Below, piece after piece: positions 51,829 to 61,717 of a stretch of DNA of 64,000 bases. The stretch's first letter is position 1; every line of letters begins with the position of its first letter. This stretch comes from Treponemataceae bacterium (GTDB taxonomy: Bacteria > Spirochaetota > Spirochaetia > Treponematales > Rectinemataceae), in the NCBI GenBank assembly GCA_963667725.2, contig CAXXHO010000005.1:96001-160000 (forward strand). The letters are read 5' to 3'. A model generated the notes under the pieces. It saw only the letters and a list, made by a program, of their open reading frames with translations. It was not told the DNA's origin and did no database searches. A program made the position numbers and the translations under genes.

Positions 51829-52373
51829 CAGGAAACCAGGCGCAGCCGGGTATAGCGGGCTCGGAGCTGCTCTAGATCCTGTTGATTGATCACGGACCAG
51901 AGGCGGCGATCACCTTTTCGATAGTAGTCGTCCACTTCGGCCACCACCCGGGCGCCCAGGGCCTGATGAACGCTGCGGGCATCATGGTTGTCGGGCTCGA
52001 CGAGGAATCGGCATTCCTCCACGCCCTCCTCGAGCAGCTTCTTGACCATGGCCCGGATCAGCAGGTAGTTCACCCGGGTCTTCTGGTACTGGGGCAACAC
52101 CGCCAGGGTGGCGCAGTAGTTCACCCTGCCCTTGGGAAAGTTGAGCACATAGCCCACGGCCTTCTCACCTTCCAGGGCGAGGAAGCACCAGTCCGCGTAC
52201 ATCTCGGTGCAGAGCCGCAGGTAGTGGGGACAGAGCGTGCCCGTGGCATCACCCGACCAGAGTTCCCGCTCGAGTTCTTGAAGGTGCGCGAAGTCGGAGG
52301 ACTCTAGGGGCCGCACCACGAAGCGGCTGGTGTCCGTTGTGTTTGGAGATTCCTGGAGCTGGATCGGAGCCAT
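51828..52373 (-). CDS. GNAT family N-acyltransferase (RimI-like)
   Basis: VRPLESSD, AVGY, TLAVLPQYQ, VEPDN..A..V...G and DYY..GDRR pattern; GAGGAGG RBS. Confidence 0.85.
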   Translation of the reverse strand: MAPIQLQESPNTTDTSRFVVRPLESSDFAHLQELERELWSGDATGTLCPHYLRLCTEMYADWCFLALEGEKAVGYVLNFPKGRVNYCATLAVLPQYQKTRVNYLLIRAMVKKLLEEGVEECRFLVEPDNHDARSVHQALGARVVAEVDDYYRKGDRRLWSVINQQDLEQLRARYTRLRLVS

Positions 52374-52511
52374 GGGGGCACCTCCTCGGGTTCAAGGATC
52401 CCCTCGGGTGGTGACGCTCCCATGAAGGCCTCGCAAAGGCTCCGTGGCGGTCCTGTGACGATTTGCTACGCCAGGAGCCCGTCCAAGTATTATGCGGGGC
52501 CGCGCTGGTGT

Positions 52512-52710
52512 GCCAGCCGAGCGAGGCAAGGAAGGCGACGAAGGCCTTGGTGGCCCCAAGGACGAGGAGCCTGACGCAGGATCGCGACGGCTGGCGCCCC
52601 AGCCCGAAGGGTTGAGCGCAAAGGGCTCGCTGGCTGTGTCGGCGCATTCGGACGATGAACCCGCATCGCCTCTCACGCGCCTTCGTGCCATCAAACCCTT
52701 TGCGCTCAAC
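52512..52710. repeat. Structured extragenic palindromic element (REP/MITE-like)
   Basis: GCCAGCCG (52512) with CGGCTGGC (52588), inner CCTTGG/CCAAGG hairpin, and perfect 15-bp IR GTTGAGCGCAAAGGG (52611-52625) with CCCTTTGCGCTCAAC (52696-52710). Confidence 0.6.
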
Positions 52711-53260
52711 GCGGTTCCCGCAGAATACTCGGACGGGCTCCCAGGCCGTGTTCCCGGAAGAGCGCGGGATAGCTGCGCAACTCGGCGGCCTCGGGGCCGA
52801 GGTTCAGGGCTGCCATGGTCGCGTGGATGGCGGGGGCCTCGCCCTCCAGTTCCAGAAAACAGCCGAAGGGAGTTTCATCCAGGCAGGCCACGAGATCCGT
52901 GCGCCTCATCAGGGCTCGGGTCTTCACCATGCGCAGGACGGGGCGAAAGCCCAGGGCCTGCAGGATGCCTTCCAGGACCTGGGGATCGGCGATCTCCGTT
53001 TCCAGCTCGGGGCGGATCTTCAGCAGGGCATCTGGGATTTTGGGGCCCTTCCAGGTGAGCCAAGCCTTGCCCGCGAAAAGTCTGAGCCGAAGGGCGCTGC
53101 CTTGGGTCCAGAGCTCAGCATCGCGGTCCCACAATTCGCTCGTTTCCGCCTGGGCGGGAACCGTCAGAAGGAAGCCCAGAACCTCCAGGCGGGCCTGCAA
53201 ACCTGCCAGGCTGGGCACCCGGAGCTTGACCTCCGTTTCGATCGGGTTGCGATGTTCCAT
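52706..53260 (-). CDS. CYTH domain / class IV adenylate cyclase family protein
   Basis: ETEVKLR (ExExK), LRLR, TWKGP, ELETEI, KTR, FLELEG and SY motifs. Confidence 0.88.
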   Translation of the reverse strand: MEHRNPIETEVKLRVPSLAGLQARLEVLGFLLTVPAQAETSELWDRDAELWTQGSALRLRLFAGKAWLTWKGPKIPDALLKIRPELETEIADPQVLEGILQALGFRPVLRMVKTRALMRRTDLVACLDETPFGCFLELEGEAPAIHATMAALNLGPEAAELRSYPALFREHGLGARPSILREPR

Positions 53261-53315
53261 GGCGGAGTTCCCCTGAATCACTCCATCATGAGCGGAACGG
53301 AGCGACTGAAACGAA

Positions 53316-54627
53316 GTGATCCCAAAACGCTACCTCATCGCCACCCTGTTCATCGCGGCCATGCTCGTGCTGCTGGCGGTGGTGCAGGCGCCCCGCGCCA
53401 AGAGCCAGGGCGGAGTGGCCACGGGGGAGGTGCCGGTGGCCCTGAGCATGGAGAGCTTCGAGACTCTCGCCGAGTATCGCCTCGCCGATGGCTGGGCTCC
53501 GAGGTTCCAGGGCACCCGCGATCCCGACCAGCTCGACCCCTGGCCTTACGCGGGGGGCTTTGAGGCGCCCTGGGAACCGGCTTCGCCCTTTCTGGGGGAC
53601 CAGGGCTTCGCCATGAATGGCCCCACGGGGCACGGCGAGATCCTGCTCTGGCGGGGTCTGGAGTGGCGTCGCCTGCGGTTCGAGGCGCCCATCTGTTCGG
53701 CGCGGCTGGACCCCAATCGGGGTTCCCATCTGCTCGTAACCCTGGCCCTGGGCGGGGATCGGTTCGAGACACGTCTGCTGGAAATGCCCGAGGGTCGAGT
53801 GCTCTGGGCCCTTGGACAGTGGCCCCTGGAGCCGCTTCAGCTGGGACGGCAAGGCGGTGCTCTTCGGCCTGCGGGCCCCCACGCCCGAGGGTGCGTGGCT
53901 GATCACCACGCTGTCGGTGGATGGTGAACGCCCCCCGCAGACCCTGGCCGCCTGGGACGAACCGGGCCTGCCCGCGCCGCCGAAGGGCTGGATCACCCGC
54001 CCCGAGCAGCTTTGGGATGACGGGAAGGATTTTCCGGGGCCCGGAATCGTGGTTTCCCTGCGACCCGGGGTGCGGATCTGGTTTCCCCGACAGGACCGCC
54101 TATGGATCAGTGATGCCAGTGGCTGGAGCCTTTGGGGCCTGGAGGAGGGCCTCTGGCGGCGCCTGGATGCGGGCAGCGGGGAACTGGTGGCCCATCCCCC
54201 CCTCTTCATGGGGCGGATCACCCTGGATAAGCAAAAGGTTGCCGTGCGATCCCTTTCCTCTGCCACGGATTCCACCTGGAAGGACCTTCCCACCGAAGCC
54301 GAGCCCTGGCCGCCCTACGACGCCGCCTGGGCCTGGAAAGCCGAGGATGCGGCATTCACCTCCTGGGATCTCCGGTGGGGCAAGGGCGCGGAGGGTTTCC
54401 CCCGGGAGCGCCAGCGAGAGGCCCTCAAGAAATCCTTCCGCGCGGACTGGCATGCCGCCTCCAGTCTGCGTGCCTCCGTGCGGGGTTGGCTGCCGGAGGG
54501 CCCGGACATCGCCCTGCGCGAAGCCTCGGAGGTCGGCTGGGTCTGGGTGGGCGACCGGGTGCTTCTAGTGCGGCTCCAGGGCAATGAACGCCTGCGAAAA
54601 ATCCGCAATCTGCTGAAGGCAAGATGA
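53316..54627 (+). CDS. Exported Trp/Pro-rich hypothetical protein, split by an apparent +1 frameshift near 53809-53811
   Basis: N-terminal TM or signal; ORFs 53316-53927 and 53812-54627 join as VLWALDSGPWSRF if one C is removed. Confidence 0.6.
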
Positions 54628-54713
54628 CGCTCCAGCCGCATTTCCGTACTAGCATCCCCTTTTTTCTGCTAGTTTAGGCCCAGTCCTCTCACCCCCGGCC
54701 TCCCGAGGTTCCT

Positions 54714-56216
54714 ATGCCCCGCCTCCTCCTCGTGGACGACAACCCGAGCATCCACAAGATTGCGGAAACGCTGCTGGCGCCCACCGACATCCAGCTTGTC
54801 TGCGTCGAAAGCGCCAAGGACGCGCTGAATCTCATCGCCGAAGGCGAGCGATTCGATGTGGCTTTGCTCGACATCATGATGGCCGGTATGGACGGCTGGG
54901 AGCTGCTGGACCAGCTCCGGATGCACCCTGCCACCGCCGGCATCCCCATCGCCATGATGGCGGGCGTTCTCGATACCGTGGATCCAACCCGGCTCGAAAC
55001 GGCCTCCATCCAGGGTTTTCTCAAAAAACCCGTGGAACTGAGGGATCTGGGTGCCCGCGTTCACACCTTTCTGGAAGCCCGCGTCGAGGTTGCTCATCCG
55101 CCTGCGCCACTCCAGGACTTCTCCCCCTTCTCGACCCTGCCTGCGGTCAAGCTCTCGGAGCTGCCCGAATTCCGTCAGGCTTCGGCCCCAGAAGCCAGCC
55201 TGGACGTGGAGCCCGACGTGGCCGATGACGATCTGCTGGTGCTGGTCGAGGCCGATCTGTGGCCCGAAGTCCCGCCGCCGCCCGGCACGGTGACCGAGGA
55301 CCTCTCCCCCTTCGCGGAAATCCCACCGGAGGAATCCCTGGATCTCGAAGAGCTCGATCTCGACAGCCTGAAGGGCCTGACCATCGCGCCCAAGGCCGCT
55401 GCCGTCGAGGCCGAGCCCGCCCTCCCCGAACCCGTCCAGATGCTGCCCGAGGCGCCCGAATTCGAGCCTTCCGCCTTTGAATCCGTCCCGCCGGTTGAGC
55501 TTGCGCAGGAACTCGAGTCGGCACCTATCCCCCCGGTTGAGGCCTTCCCTGAGGAGATGGCCTCGATTCCCACCCAGGTTCTCCCTGACGAGTCTGGCTC
55601 TCAGGAACTACCGGACCTGGGGCCCGAATCCGAGCCGACCTTCGATCCCGAAGCCCTTGCGGGCCTCGACAGCCTTTCGGATGAGGCCTTCGAGCCCAGG
55701 CCTACGAGAGAGTTGGTCGCCCCAACGCCAGAGCCCGACCCCGATTTCCTGTCGGGCCTGGGGGAAGCCACCATCACCCCGGGGGTGGCCGTGGTGGGCT
55801 GGTCGGACGAGAGCGAGAAAATGCTTGGGTACCTCACGCCCTCCCAGCCCCTGACGGCCAACCCTGTGCTCGGGTCGGACGATGACGAGGAGGAACTGGA
55901 TCTGGGCGAGCCGGACTCCCTGCAGGTCCCACCACTGGCGATGGGTTTCCCCCTGGCGGAACCCTTGGCCGAGCCCTGGGCCACAGGTGACCTGCCCGTG
56001 GTCCCGGAGCCTGAGCCTGTGGTGATGGCGGCACCGATTGCGGCCCCGGTGGCTGCCCCGTCCTCCACGGACGACCTGTTGCGGGCCATTACCTCGGACC
56101 CGGTCCTCATGGATCACCTCGCCAAGGCTCTGGTGGCCAAACTCAGCGACCAAGTGCTCCGCGAGATCGCCTGGGACGTGATGCCCGAAATGGCCGAGCG
56201 CCTCAACCGCCACTGA
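54714..56216 (+). CDS. RomR-like response regulator (receiver, Pro/acidic linker, conserved C-terminal helix)
   Basis: LLVDD, LLDIMM and KKP receiver; about 330-aa P/E/D-rich linker; LSDQVLREIAWDVMPEMAERL tail. Confidence 0.8.
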   Translation: MPRLLLVDDNPSIHKIAETLLAPTDIQLVCVESAKDALNLIAEGERFDVALLDIMMAGMDGWELLDQLRMHPATAGIPIAMMAGVLDTVDPTRLETASIQGFLKKPVELRDLGARVHTFLEARVEVAHPPAPLQDFSPFSTLPAVKLSELPEFRQASAPEASLDVEPDVADDDLLVLVEADLWPEVPPPPGTVTEDLSPFAEIPPEESLDLEELDLDSLKGLTIAPKAAAVEAEPALPEPVQMLPEAPEFEPSAFESVPPVELAQELESAPIPPVEAFPEEMASIPTQVLPDESGSQELPDLGPESEPTFDPEALAGLDSLSDEAFEPRPTRELVAPTPEPDPDFLSGLGEATITPGVAVVGWSDESEKMLGYLTPSQPLTANPVLGSDDDEEELDLGEPDSLQVPPLAMGFPLAEPLAEPWATGDLPVVPEPEPVVMAAPIAAPVAAPSSTDDLLRAITSDPVLMDHLAKALVAKLSDQVLREIAWDVMPEMAERLNRH

Positions 56217-56244
56217 CACCACTGAGTAAGGACGGGAACCCGGC

Positions 56245-56889
56245 ATGATCACTGGCTACAACACGGATGTCCGCCACGGCAGCCGGATCTTCCACGTTCA
56301 GACCGAGGACAAGGGCGTAAGCAACCCCAAGATCGAGACCCTGATCTATGTGGGCGGGGAAATCCTGGACAACTACCGGTCCTCCTACGAGGAGCTGCTG
56401 GGCGGCCCCATCTCAGACAGCGTTATCCAGGCGCGCATGGACGAGCAGCACAAGGCCGTCATCCGCGACATCAAGAACGGCAAGTACGACACGACTCCAG
56501 GCGAGGGTGAGGTCGCCGAACAGCAGGTCTTCAACGACCGTCCCCTTGATCAGGCCATCCTCGAGTACCTCCAGCAGGAGGGCGATGTCGACACCCTCGA
56601 GATGGTGGTTGACGAGCCCATGAAACCCACCTTCGGCACGACCTTCCCCCTAAAGATCCGGGCGCGGCTCTGCATCAGCCAGAACCCCGTCAGCGGCGCC
56701 GAAGTCACCATCCGCATGATCTCCAGCCTCAAGAAAGCCATCACCCTCCTCGCCGGCAAGACCGGCCCCGACGGCACCTTCCTGGGCCAGATCGAAGTCC
56801 CCCCCAGCCAACCCGGCCACTGCGCCCTCCTGATCGGCTGCAGCTCGGATGCGGGGAGCGATGAGATGCGGGTGGTGATTGGGGCGTGA
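56245..56889 (+). CDS. Conserved hypothetical protein
   Basis: MITGYNTDVRH..FHVQTEDKG..PKIETLIYVGGEIL N-terminus; host-like codon use; beta-rich C-terminus. Confidence 0.75.
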   Translation: MITGYNTDVRHGSRIFHVQTEDKGVSNPKIETLIYVGGEILDNYRSSYEELLGGPISDSVIQARMDEQHKAVIRDIKNGKYDTTPGEGEVAEQQVFNDRPLDQAILEYLQQEGDVDTLEMVVDEPMKPTFGTTFPLKIRARLCISQNPVSGAEVTIRMISSLKKAITLLAGKTGPDGTFLGQIEVPPSQPGHCALLIGCSSDAGSDEMRVVIGA

Positions 56890-56970
56890 AGTGGGAAGAA
56901 GAGGTTGCCCATCAGGTGTTGTTCTGGAAATGGTTGGATTGCTCTGCATTCTATAAGTCTATGGCAAACC

Positions 56971-56986
56971 TGTGACACAAATCACG
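56971..56986. promoter_or_regulatory. CRP/FNR-family-like binding site upstream of the OMP/TonB locus
   Basis: TGTGA-CACAAA-TCACG, one mismatch to TGTGA-N6-TCACA, in an AT-richer intergenic region. Confidence 0.4.
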
Positions 56987-57211
56987 TGGAGCTAGCTTGA
57001 GGGAGTGAATACACCTCGCATGGAAGAATTCTTGTGCTACATTCCTCCTGAAGGTTCCCGAAGTTGACAATTTGGACAGGTGCGTGCTTGACTTTCATGA
57101 CTCCATCAAAATCTGTCGTTTGCCGTGTGCAATTGATCATCCGCTGTCTCAACTGGGTTGCAGGTCATCAAGCTGCCTCAACCCCTGCTCACACCCCTAG
57201 GAGGAGTTGAA

Positions 57212-57868
57212 ATGAAGAAAAAACTACTTTTGATCCCGGCTTTTATGCTGGTTGGGACTTTAGGTACCGCTGAAGAAGCGTCACCATTGGCCCTCAAGCT
57301 ACGTCTGCAGACTGGCGTCAAGGCTGTAGACGGGATGCGGAACGGCTTTGGTGTTGGCGTAAACTACGCCTATAAAGTCGGACCTGGTGCCTTGAACGCA
57401 GAACTGGGTTACCAGTATTTTTCCGGGAACCAGTATCGGCAGCCGATCGGCGCGAATCCCTTTGGCCTCACCGATGAAACGGCCGTGGATTCTCGGAAGA
57501 ATTCTAGTGAAGGTCTGGCTCTTCGTTTGAGCTGGAGCCAGGAGTTGATCAAGGATTTTGGATTCCAGGCTGGTGTTTCCCTTGCGAAGCTGAAGAATCA
57601 CAATGAGTCCATTGCGACCTTTGGTGTCGGTGGTGCTCGTGGTGCGTGGACCTTGGCCACCGATAAGTCCTGGTTCACCGCCTCGCCGTTCGTGGGGGTC
57701 AAGTGGGACATGAACGAGATTGGCGCTCTTGAGCTCAACGTGCTTTTTTCAAGCTACAAGGTGACAACGGTGGATCCGGTGTACGGCACAACCACCACCA
57801 CTCCGTTGATCGGAGAAAAGAACGTCAACAAGCCGAAAATTGAGTTCGGCTATACCTTCAAATTCTGA
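57212..57868 (+). CDS. Outer-membrane beta-barrel protein
   Basis: Signal peptide MKKKLLL, amphipathic strands, C-terminal GYTFKF; AGGAGG RBS. Confidence 0.8.
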   Translation: MKKKLLLIPAFMLVGTLGTAEEASPLALKLRLQTGVKAVDGMRNGFGVGVNYAYKVGPGALNAELGYQYFSGNQYRQPIGANPFGLTDETAVDSRKNSSEGLALRLSWSQELIKDFGFQAGVSLAKLKNHNESIATFGVGGARGAWTLATDKSWFTASPFVGVKWDMNEIGALELNVLFSSYKVTTVDPVYGTTTTTPLIGEKNVNKPKIEFGYTFKF

Positions 57869-57903
57869 TTGAAGTCGGATCTATCTAATCGATTGGAGGC
57901 TAC

Positions 57904-60900
57904 ATGTCTTTTTTGAAAAATTCATTAATTCTTGGCAATGTGGCACTGGCCATTGCGGCTGGGGCTACGTTGCAGGCTCAGGAAGTCACGGGCTCCCTCG
58001 CTGGTAGCGTCAAGGATTCCAATGGTGCCGCTGTGGCGGGGGCCCAGGTAATCATCCGCGCAGCGCAGCTGATCGCCCCCCGCCGGGTTGTCACAGATGG
58101 TAAGGGTAGTTTCCGTGCGCCTCTGCTCCCTCCTGGCGACTATCAGGTTGATGTGGTCAAGGATGGGTACGCCGGTCAGGGGGCTCGTCAACTTCGCATC
58201 GGTGTGGGTGCAAGCATTCGTCAGGATTTCATCCTGAAGCCAATCTCTCAAGCTGCTGCCACAGTAGAAGTCGTGAGTTCCGCTGCAACCCTTGATAAGT
58301 CGGATTCCAAGGCGGCGACTTCCTTCTCTGCCGAGGAATTGCTCACCCTTCCCACAGCTGGCGGAGATCGTGCGTTTACCGGGGCTATGGACTTCGCGCC
58401 TGGTGTTACCACCAATGCCGGTGGCGGAACCTCGATCCGTGGTGGCAAAACCCAGGAAACTGGCTACACCCTGAACGGCACGAGCATCAAGGATGACTAC
58501 GAAGGTCGTATGAACAGCACCCGTCTGATCGATGACGCGGTGGAGGATACCCAGGTCATTCAGTCTCCGCTCCATGCCCGATTTGGTCGCACGGGTGGCG
58601 GCATGGTCAATGTTGTGACTAAGAGTGGTGGAAACGATTTCTCGGGGTCAATCCGATCCTACATCAGCAAAAACGACTGGGAGGCATACCGCCACCTAGA
58701 AAGCCGTGACGAAGCGCGCGCGAATACTCAGAATCGTCGACAGACCGATATTTTCTTCAGCGGCCCGATCTGGAAAGACCGGGTTTGGTTTGCCATTTCG
58801 ACCATTCAGAAGCCGGCCGAGACCAGCCGGACAGAAATCCTCATCGGTGAGAACCCGGCGGATTGGGAAGCTGCCACTCAGACGGGTCGACAGTGGGATC
58901 AGTTCGAGCCTGGGTTCACGGCGGGTTCTCTGTATCCCTTCGACATCGGCACCAACATGAATCGGTCCGATACTCAGGATTATATTGACGCGAAATTTAC
59001 CGGTTCCATCACCCCTGACCACACTGTTGATTTCACTTTCCAGCAGAACAAGCAGGAAATTAAGAATCGTAACCCCTACGGTGATAATGGCGCGCCCATT
59101 GTGGCCACCATTCAGTCGCATTCCCTCAGTCAGATAGGGTTAGATAAGTACTGGAGCTATGGCTACCGAGGTGTGCTCGGCGGAAGTACCTTCATTGAGG
59201 CTCGGTACTCCAAGTCGATTTCCAATACGACTTTCCCCAGTCCTCTGCTCGATCATCTGCGCCTGAGTTACTACGGCACGCAATTGGGTGTTCTTTTCCC
59301 CTACGGATTCAATATTGCGCCTGCCATTGATGCACGCGACAACCAGAGTGGGAACCTGAACGTCAAGCAGTTCCTGGATTTCCATGGAAGCCACGAAATC
59401 GACGCTGGCTTTGAGTTCTACGAGTTCCTGCGCGGGACCCAGACTCAGAATGGTCCCCGCAATTTGCGCTTCTACATCCCTGCCGTCACGGCTGATGCTG
59501 CTCTCGTGGCGGGCCTTAACCCCGACCCCTACGGGAATCTGGTTGGCTTCCAGGCGGTCAATTACTACTATGCACGATCCTTCGGGAACGCTGCACAGAC
59601 GGCCACGGGTACCTTGGGGCAATCCGCTGTCCTCCGGCGGTATTACGGCGCCGATGGTATATCAAAGACGCGGACAACATCCCTGTATGTGAACGACTCT
59701 TGGTCTATTAATAAGTATCTCAACGTTATGCTTGGTCTTCGCATTGACAAGTTCCGTGTCGAAGATACGGACAAGTCGGTGCTGATCGACAAGATGGGTC
59801 CGTTGGCACCTCGTTTCCAAATCCGTTATGATCCGGATGGGACGACTCGTCATCTGTTCACCTTTACGGCCGCCAAATACGTGAATGAATATAGTGCTGG
59901 GTTCACGGATGGCTTCATCAAGAAGGCCAACACGACTTATGCACAGTTCGGCTATACCGGCGTTGCGAATGCCGCCGGTGCTGCAACATGGGTTGATTAT
60001 GCCAATATCACCAACCTGAACAACTACGGCAACAGTGCTGATGGCTTGGCTGGTCCCCTCAGCACACCGACGAACTACTTTGATGCTTCCAAGAACAACA
60101 TCATTGAGCAGTTCAGCAACCCCTATGTGATCGAGTACACCCTAGGGTACCGTCGGGCATACCAGAACGGATCCTTCTTCCAGATCACCTTCGTTAACAA
60201 GGAATGGAAGAATGATTTCTCGATCTCCACAGATATCGATCCGGCCTATTTCGTGATGGTCACAGACCCCACTGGGTCTGGACTACCCTCTCGGCCCGCT
60301 CTGGCCACAAAGTGGGGCAACAGCAACGAACTGACCCGCAACTATAAGGCGGCCGAATTGGAGTTCAGGCACAACATCAACAGCACTTGGCTGTTTGGTG
60401 GTAACTATACCTATAGCCGTCTCACGGGCAACACCAATGGTGGTGACTCCGGTGCACAGGCCTTCCGTGATACCACGGCATCTGCCCCGCTCAACCTTAA
60501 GGGCTGGCATGTGCGGAACGGCACCCCACTCGCAGAATACACGCCAGAAGGTTTGCTGCTCAGCAACCAGACCCACAAGGCTCGCCTGTACGTCACCGCC
60601 AGTCTGCCCTTGGGCAAGGGGCGTATTTCCTATACGGCCCTTCTGCGCTATGACTCTGGCACTGTCTTCGGTGCTGCGGGGACCAAGAATTGGGGGCCGG
60701 GCGCGATCCCCACGGATCTCTACCCTACGACTGTCCCGACGAACCCCGCTCTGCCCTCCAACTACACGGCTTGGTTCTCCCAGCGCGGTGCCTTTACTGG
60801 CAATGATTCTTATCAGGTGGATGCCAAGATTGATTGGTCCTTGCCTCTGGGATTCCGAAAGCTCCAGTTGATGGGGAACCTGCAAATCGACAACGTGTTC

Positions 60901-61071
60901 AACACGCAGATTCGCACGGGTTACGTTAATAATTTCATTACAGCCTCTCAGCCATACAATGTCACGGGTCTTGCTGTTGCCAACCCTGCTACTTTTGGCA
61001 CGGATGCAGGGAATTATGCCTACTGGATCCAGGCGCGTAACGTGAGTGCAAGCATCGGCTTGAAGTTCTAA
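57904..61071 (+). CDS. TonB-dependent receptor with N-terminal carboxypeptidase-regulatory-like domain (Oar-like)
   Basis: Signal peptide, TGSLAGSVKD, LPPGDY, ARFGRTGGGMVNVVTKSGGNDFSGS, YVNDSW, APR and terminal IGLKF. Confidence 0.9.
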   Translation: MSFLKNSLILGNVALAIAAGATLQAQEVTGSLAGSVKDSNGAAVAGAQVIIRAAQLIAPRRVVTDGKGSFRAPLLPPGDYQVDVVKDGYAGQGARQLRIGVGASIRQDFILKPISQAAATVEVVSSAATLDKSDSKAATSFSAEELLTLPTAGGDRAFTGAMDFAPGVTTNAGGGTSIRGGKTQETGYTLNGTSIKDDYEGRMNSTRLIDDAVEDTQVIQSPLHARFGRTGGGMVNVVTKSGGNDFSGSIRSYISKNDWEAYRHLESRDEARANTQNRRQTDIFFSGPIWKDRVWFAISTIQKPAETSRTEILIGENPADWEAATQTGRQWDQFEPGFTAGSLYPFDIGTNMNRSDTQDYIDAKFTGSITPDHTVDFTFQQNKQEIKNRNPYGDNGAPIVATIQSHSLSQIGLDKYWSYGYRGVLGGSTFIEARYSKSISNTTFPSPLLDHLRLSYYGTQLGVLFPYGFNIAPAIDARDNQSGNLNVKQFLDFHGSHEIDAGFEFYEFLRGTQTQNGPRNLRFYIPAVTADAALVAGLNPDPYGNLVGFQAVNYYYARSFGNAAQTATGTLGQSAVLRRYYGADGISKTRTTSLYVNDSWSINKYLNVMLGLRIDKFRVEDTDKSVLIDKMGPLAPRFQIRYDPDGTTRHLFTFTAAKYVNEYSAGFTDGFIKKANTTYAQFGYTGVANAAGAATWVDYANITNLNNYGNSADGLAGPLSTPTNYFDASKNNIIEQFSNPYVIEYTLGYRRAYQNGSFFQITFVNKEWKNDFSISTDIDPAYFVMVTDPTGSGLPSRPALATKWGNSNELTRNYKAAELEFRHNINSTWLFGGNYTYSRLTGNTNGGDSGAQAFRDTTASAPLNLKGWHVRNGTPLAEYTPEGLLLSNQTHKARLYVTASLPLGKGRISYTALLRYDSGTVFGAAGTKNWGPGAIPTDLYPTTVPTNPALPSNYTAWFSQRGAFTGNDSYQVDAKIDWSLPLGFRKLQLMGNLQIDNVFNTQIRTGYVNNFITASQPYNVTGLAVANPATFGTDAGNYAYWIQARNVSASIGLKF

Positions 61072-61105
61072 AACGCCTAAACAGATTTCATTAGGAGTTA
61101 ACAGT

Positions 61106-61699
61106 ATGAACACAAATCTCAAAACGCTCTGGATCGCTGCCGCAGCGACTCTGGCCTTTTCTTCCTCTGTTCGAGCCGAGGATGACATCAAGGGCCTTTT
61201 CGTGGGTGGTGCTGTCACCGTAGCCAATGATTCTCTCAAGAAAGTCACCCTGAAGACCTACGGTGTCGGGTTGACTGTTGGTTTGGATCGCACCCTCGGC
61301 GATACAAACCTGGGGATTCGGCCTGCTTTTTCCATTACCTGGTTGCCCGGAAAGGTCGGCCCAGACGAGTCGAAGACTAGTCTGACCAACCTGCAGGTGT
61401 CGACCGATCTGATCATTCCCACGGGCCTTGATCGCGTTAAGGTCGTGACGGGCTTCTCTCTTAACCAGTGGCGCTACCTTGCGAGCTCTCCCGGCAACCA
61501 CCCTTGGGGTCTGGATGGGAATAGAGCTCCTAAGGATCTCAAGTTTGGATTCCGCGCTGGCCTGGACGTCAAAATAACCCCGAAATGGTCGGCGGATGCC
61601 TTACTCCAGATGGTTGAATTTGGCAGCACAGATAGTCAATTCAATTCCTATAATTTTAATCCCACCTGGGTTCAGGTTGGAGTGAAATACCATTTTTAG
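61106..61699 (+). CDS. Outer-membrane beta-barrel protein
   Basis: Signal peptide, amphipathic strands, C-terminal VGVKYHF; AGGAG RBS. Confidence 0.8.
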   Translation: MNTNLKTLWIAAAATLAFSSSVRAEDDIKGLFVGGAVTVANDSLKKVTLKTYGVGLTVGLDRTLGDTNLGIRPAFSITWLPGKVGPDESKTSLTNLQVSTDLIIPTGLDRVKVVTGFSLNQWRYLASSPGNHPWGLDGNRAPKDLKFGFRAGLDVKITPKWSADALLQMVEFGSTDSQFNSYNFNPTWVQVGVKYHF

Positions 61700-61717
61700 G
61701 CTTTTATTTTGTTGATG

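Noticed and set aside
55080..56070. Low-complexity repeats in the regulator linker as a DNA repeat array
   Set aside because: Compositional Pro/Glu/Asp bias only, with no regular nucleotide period seen
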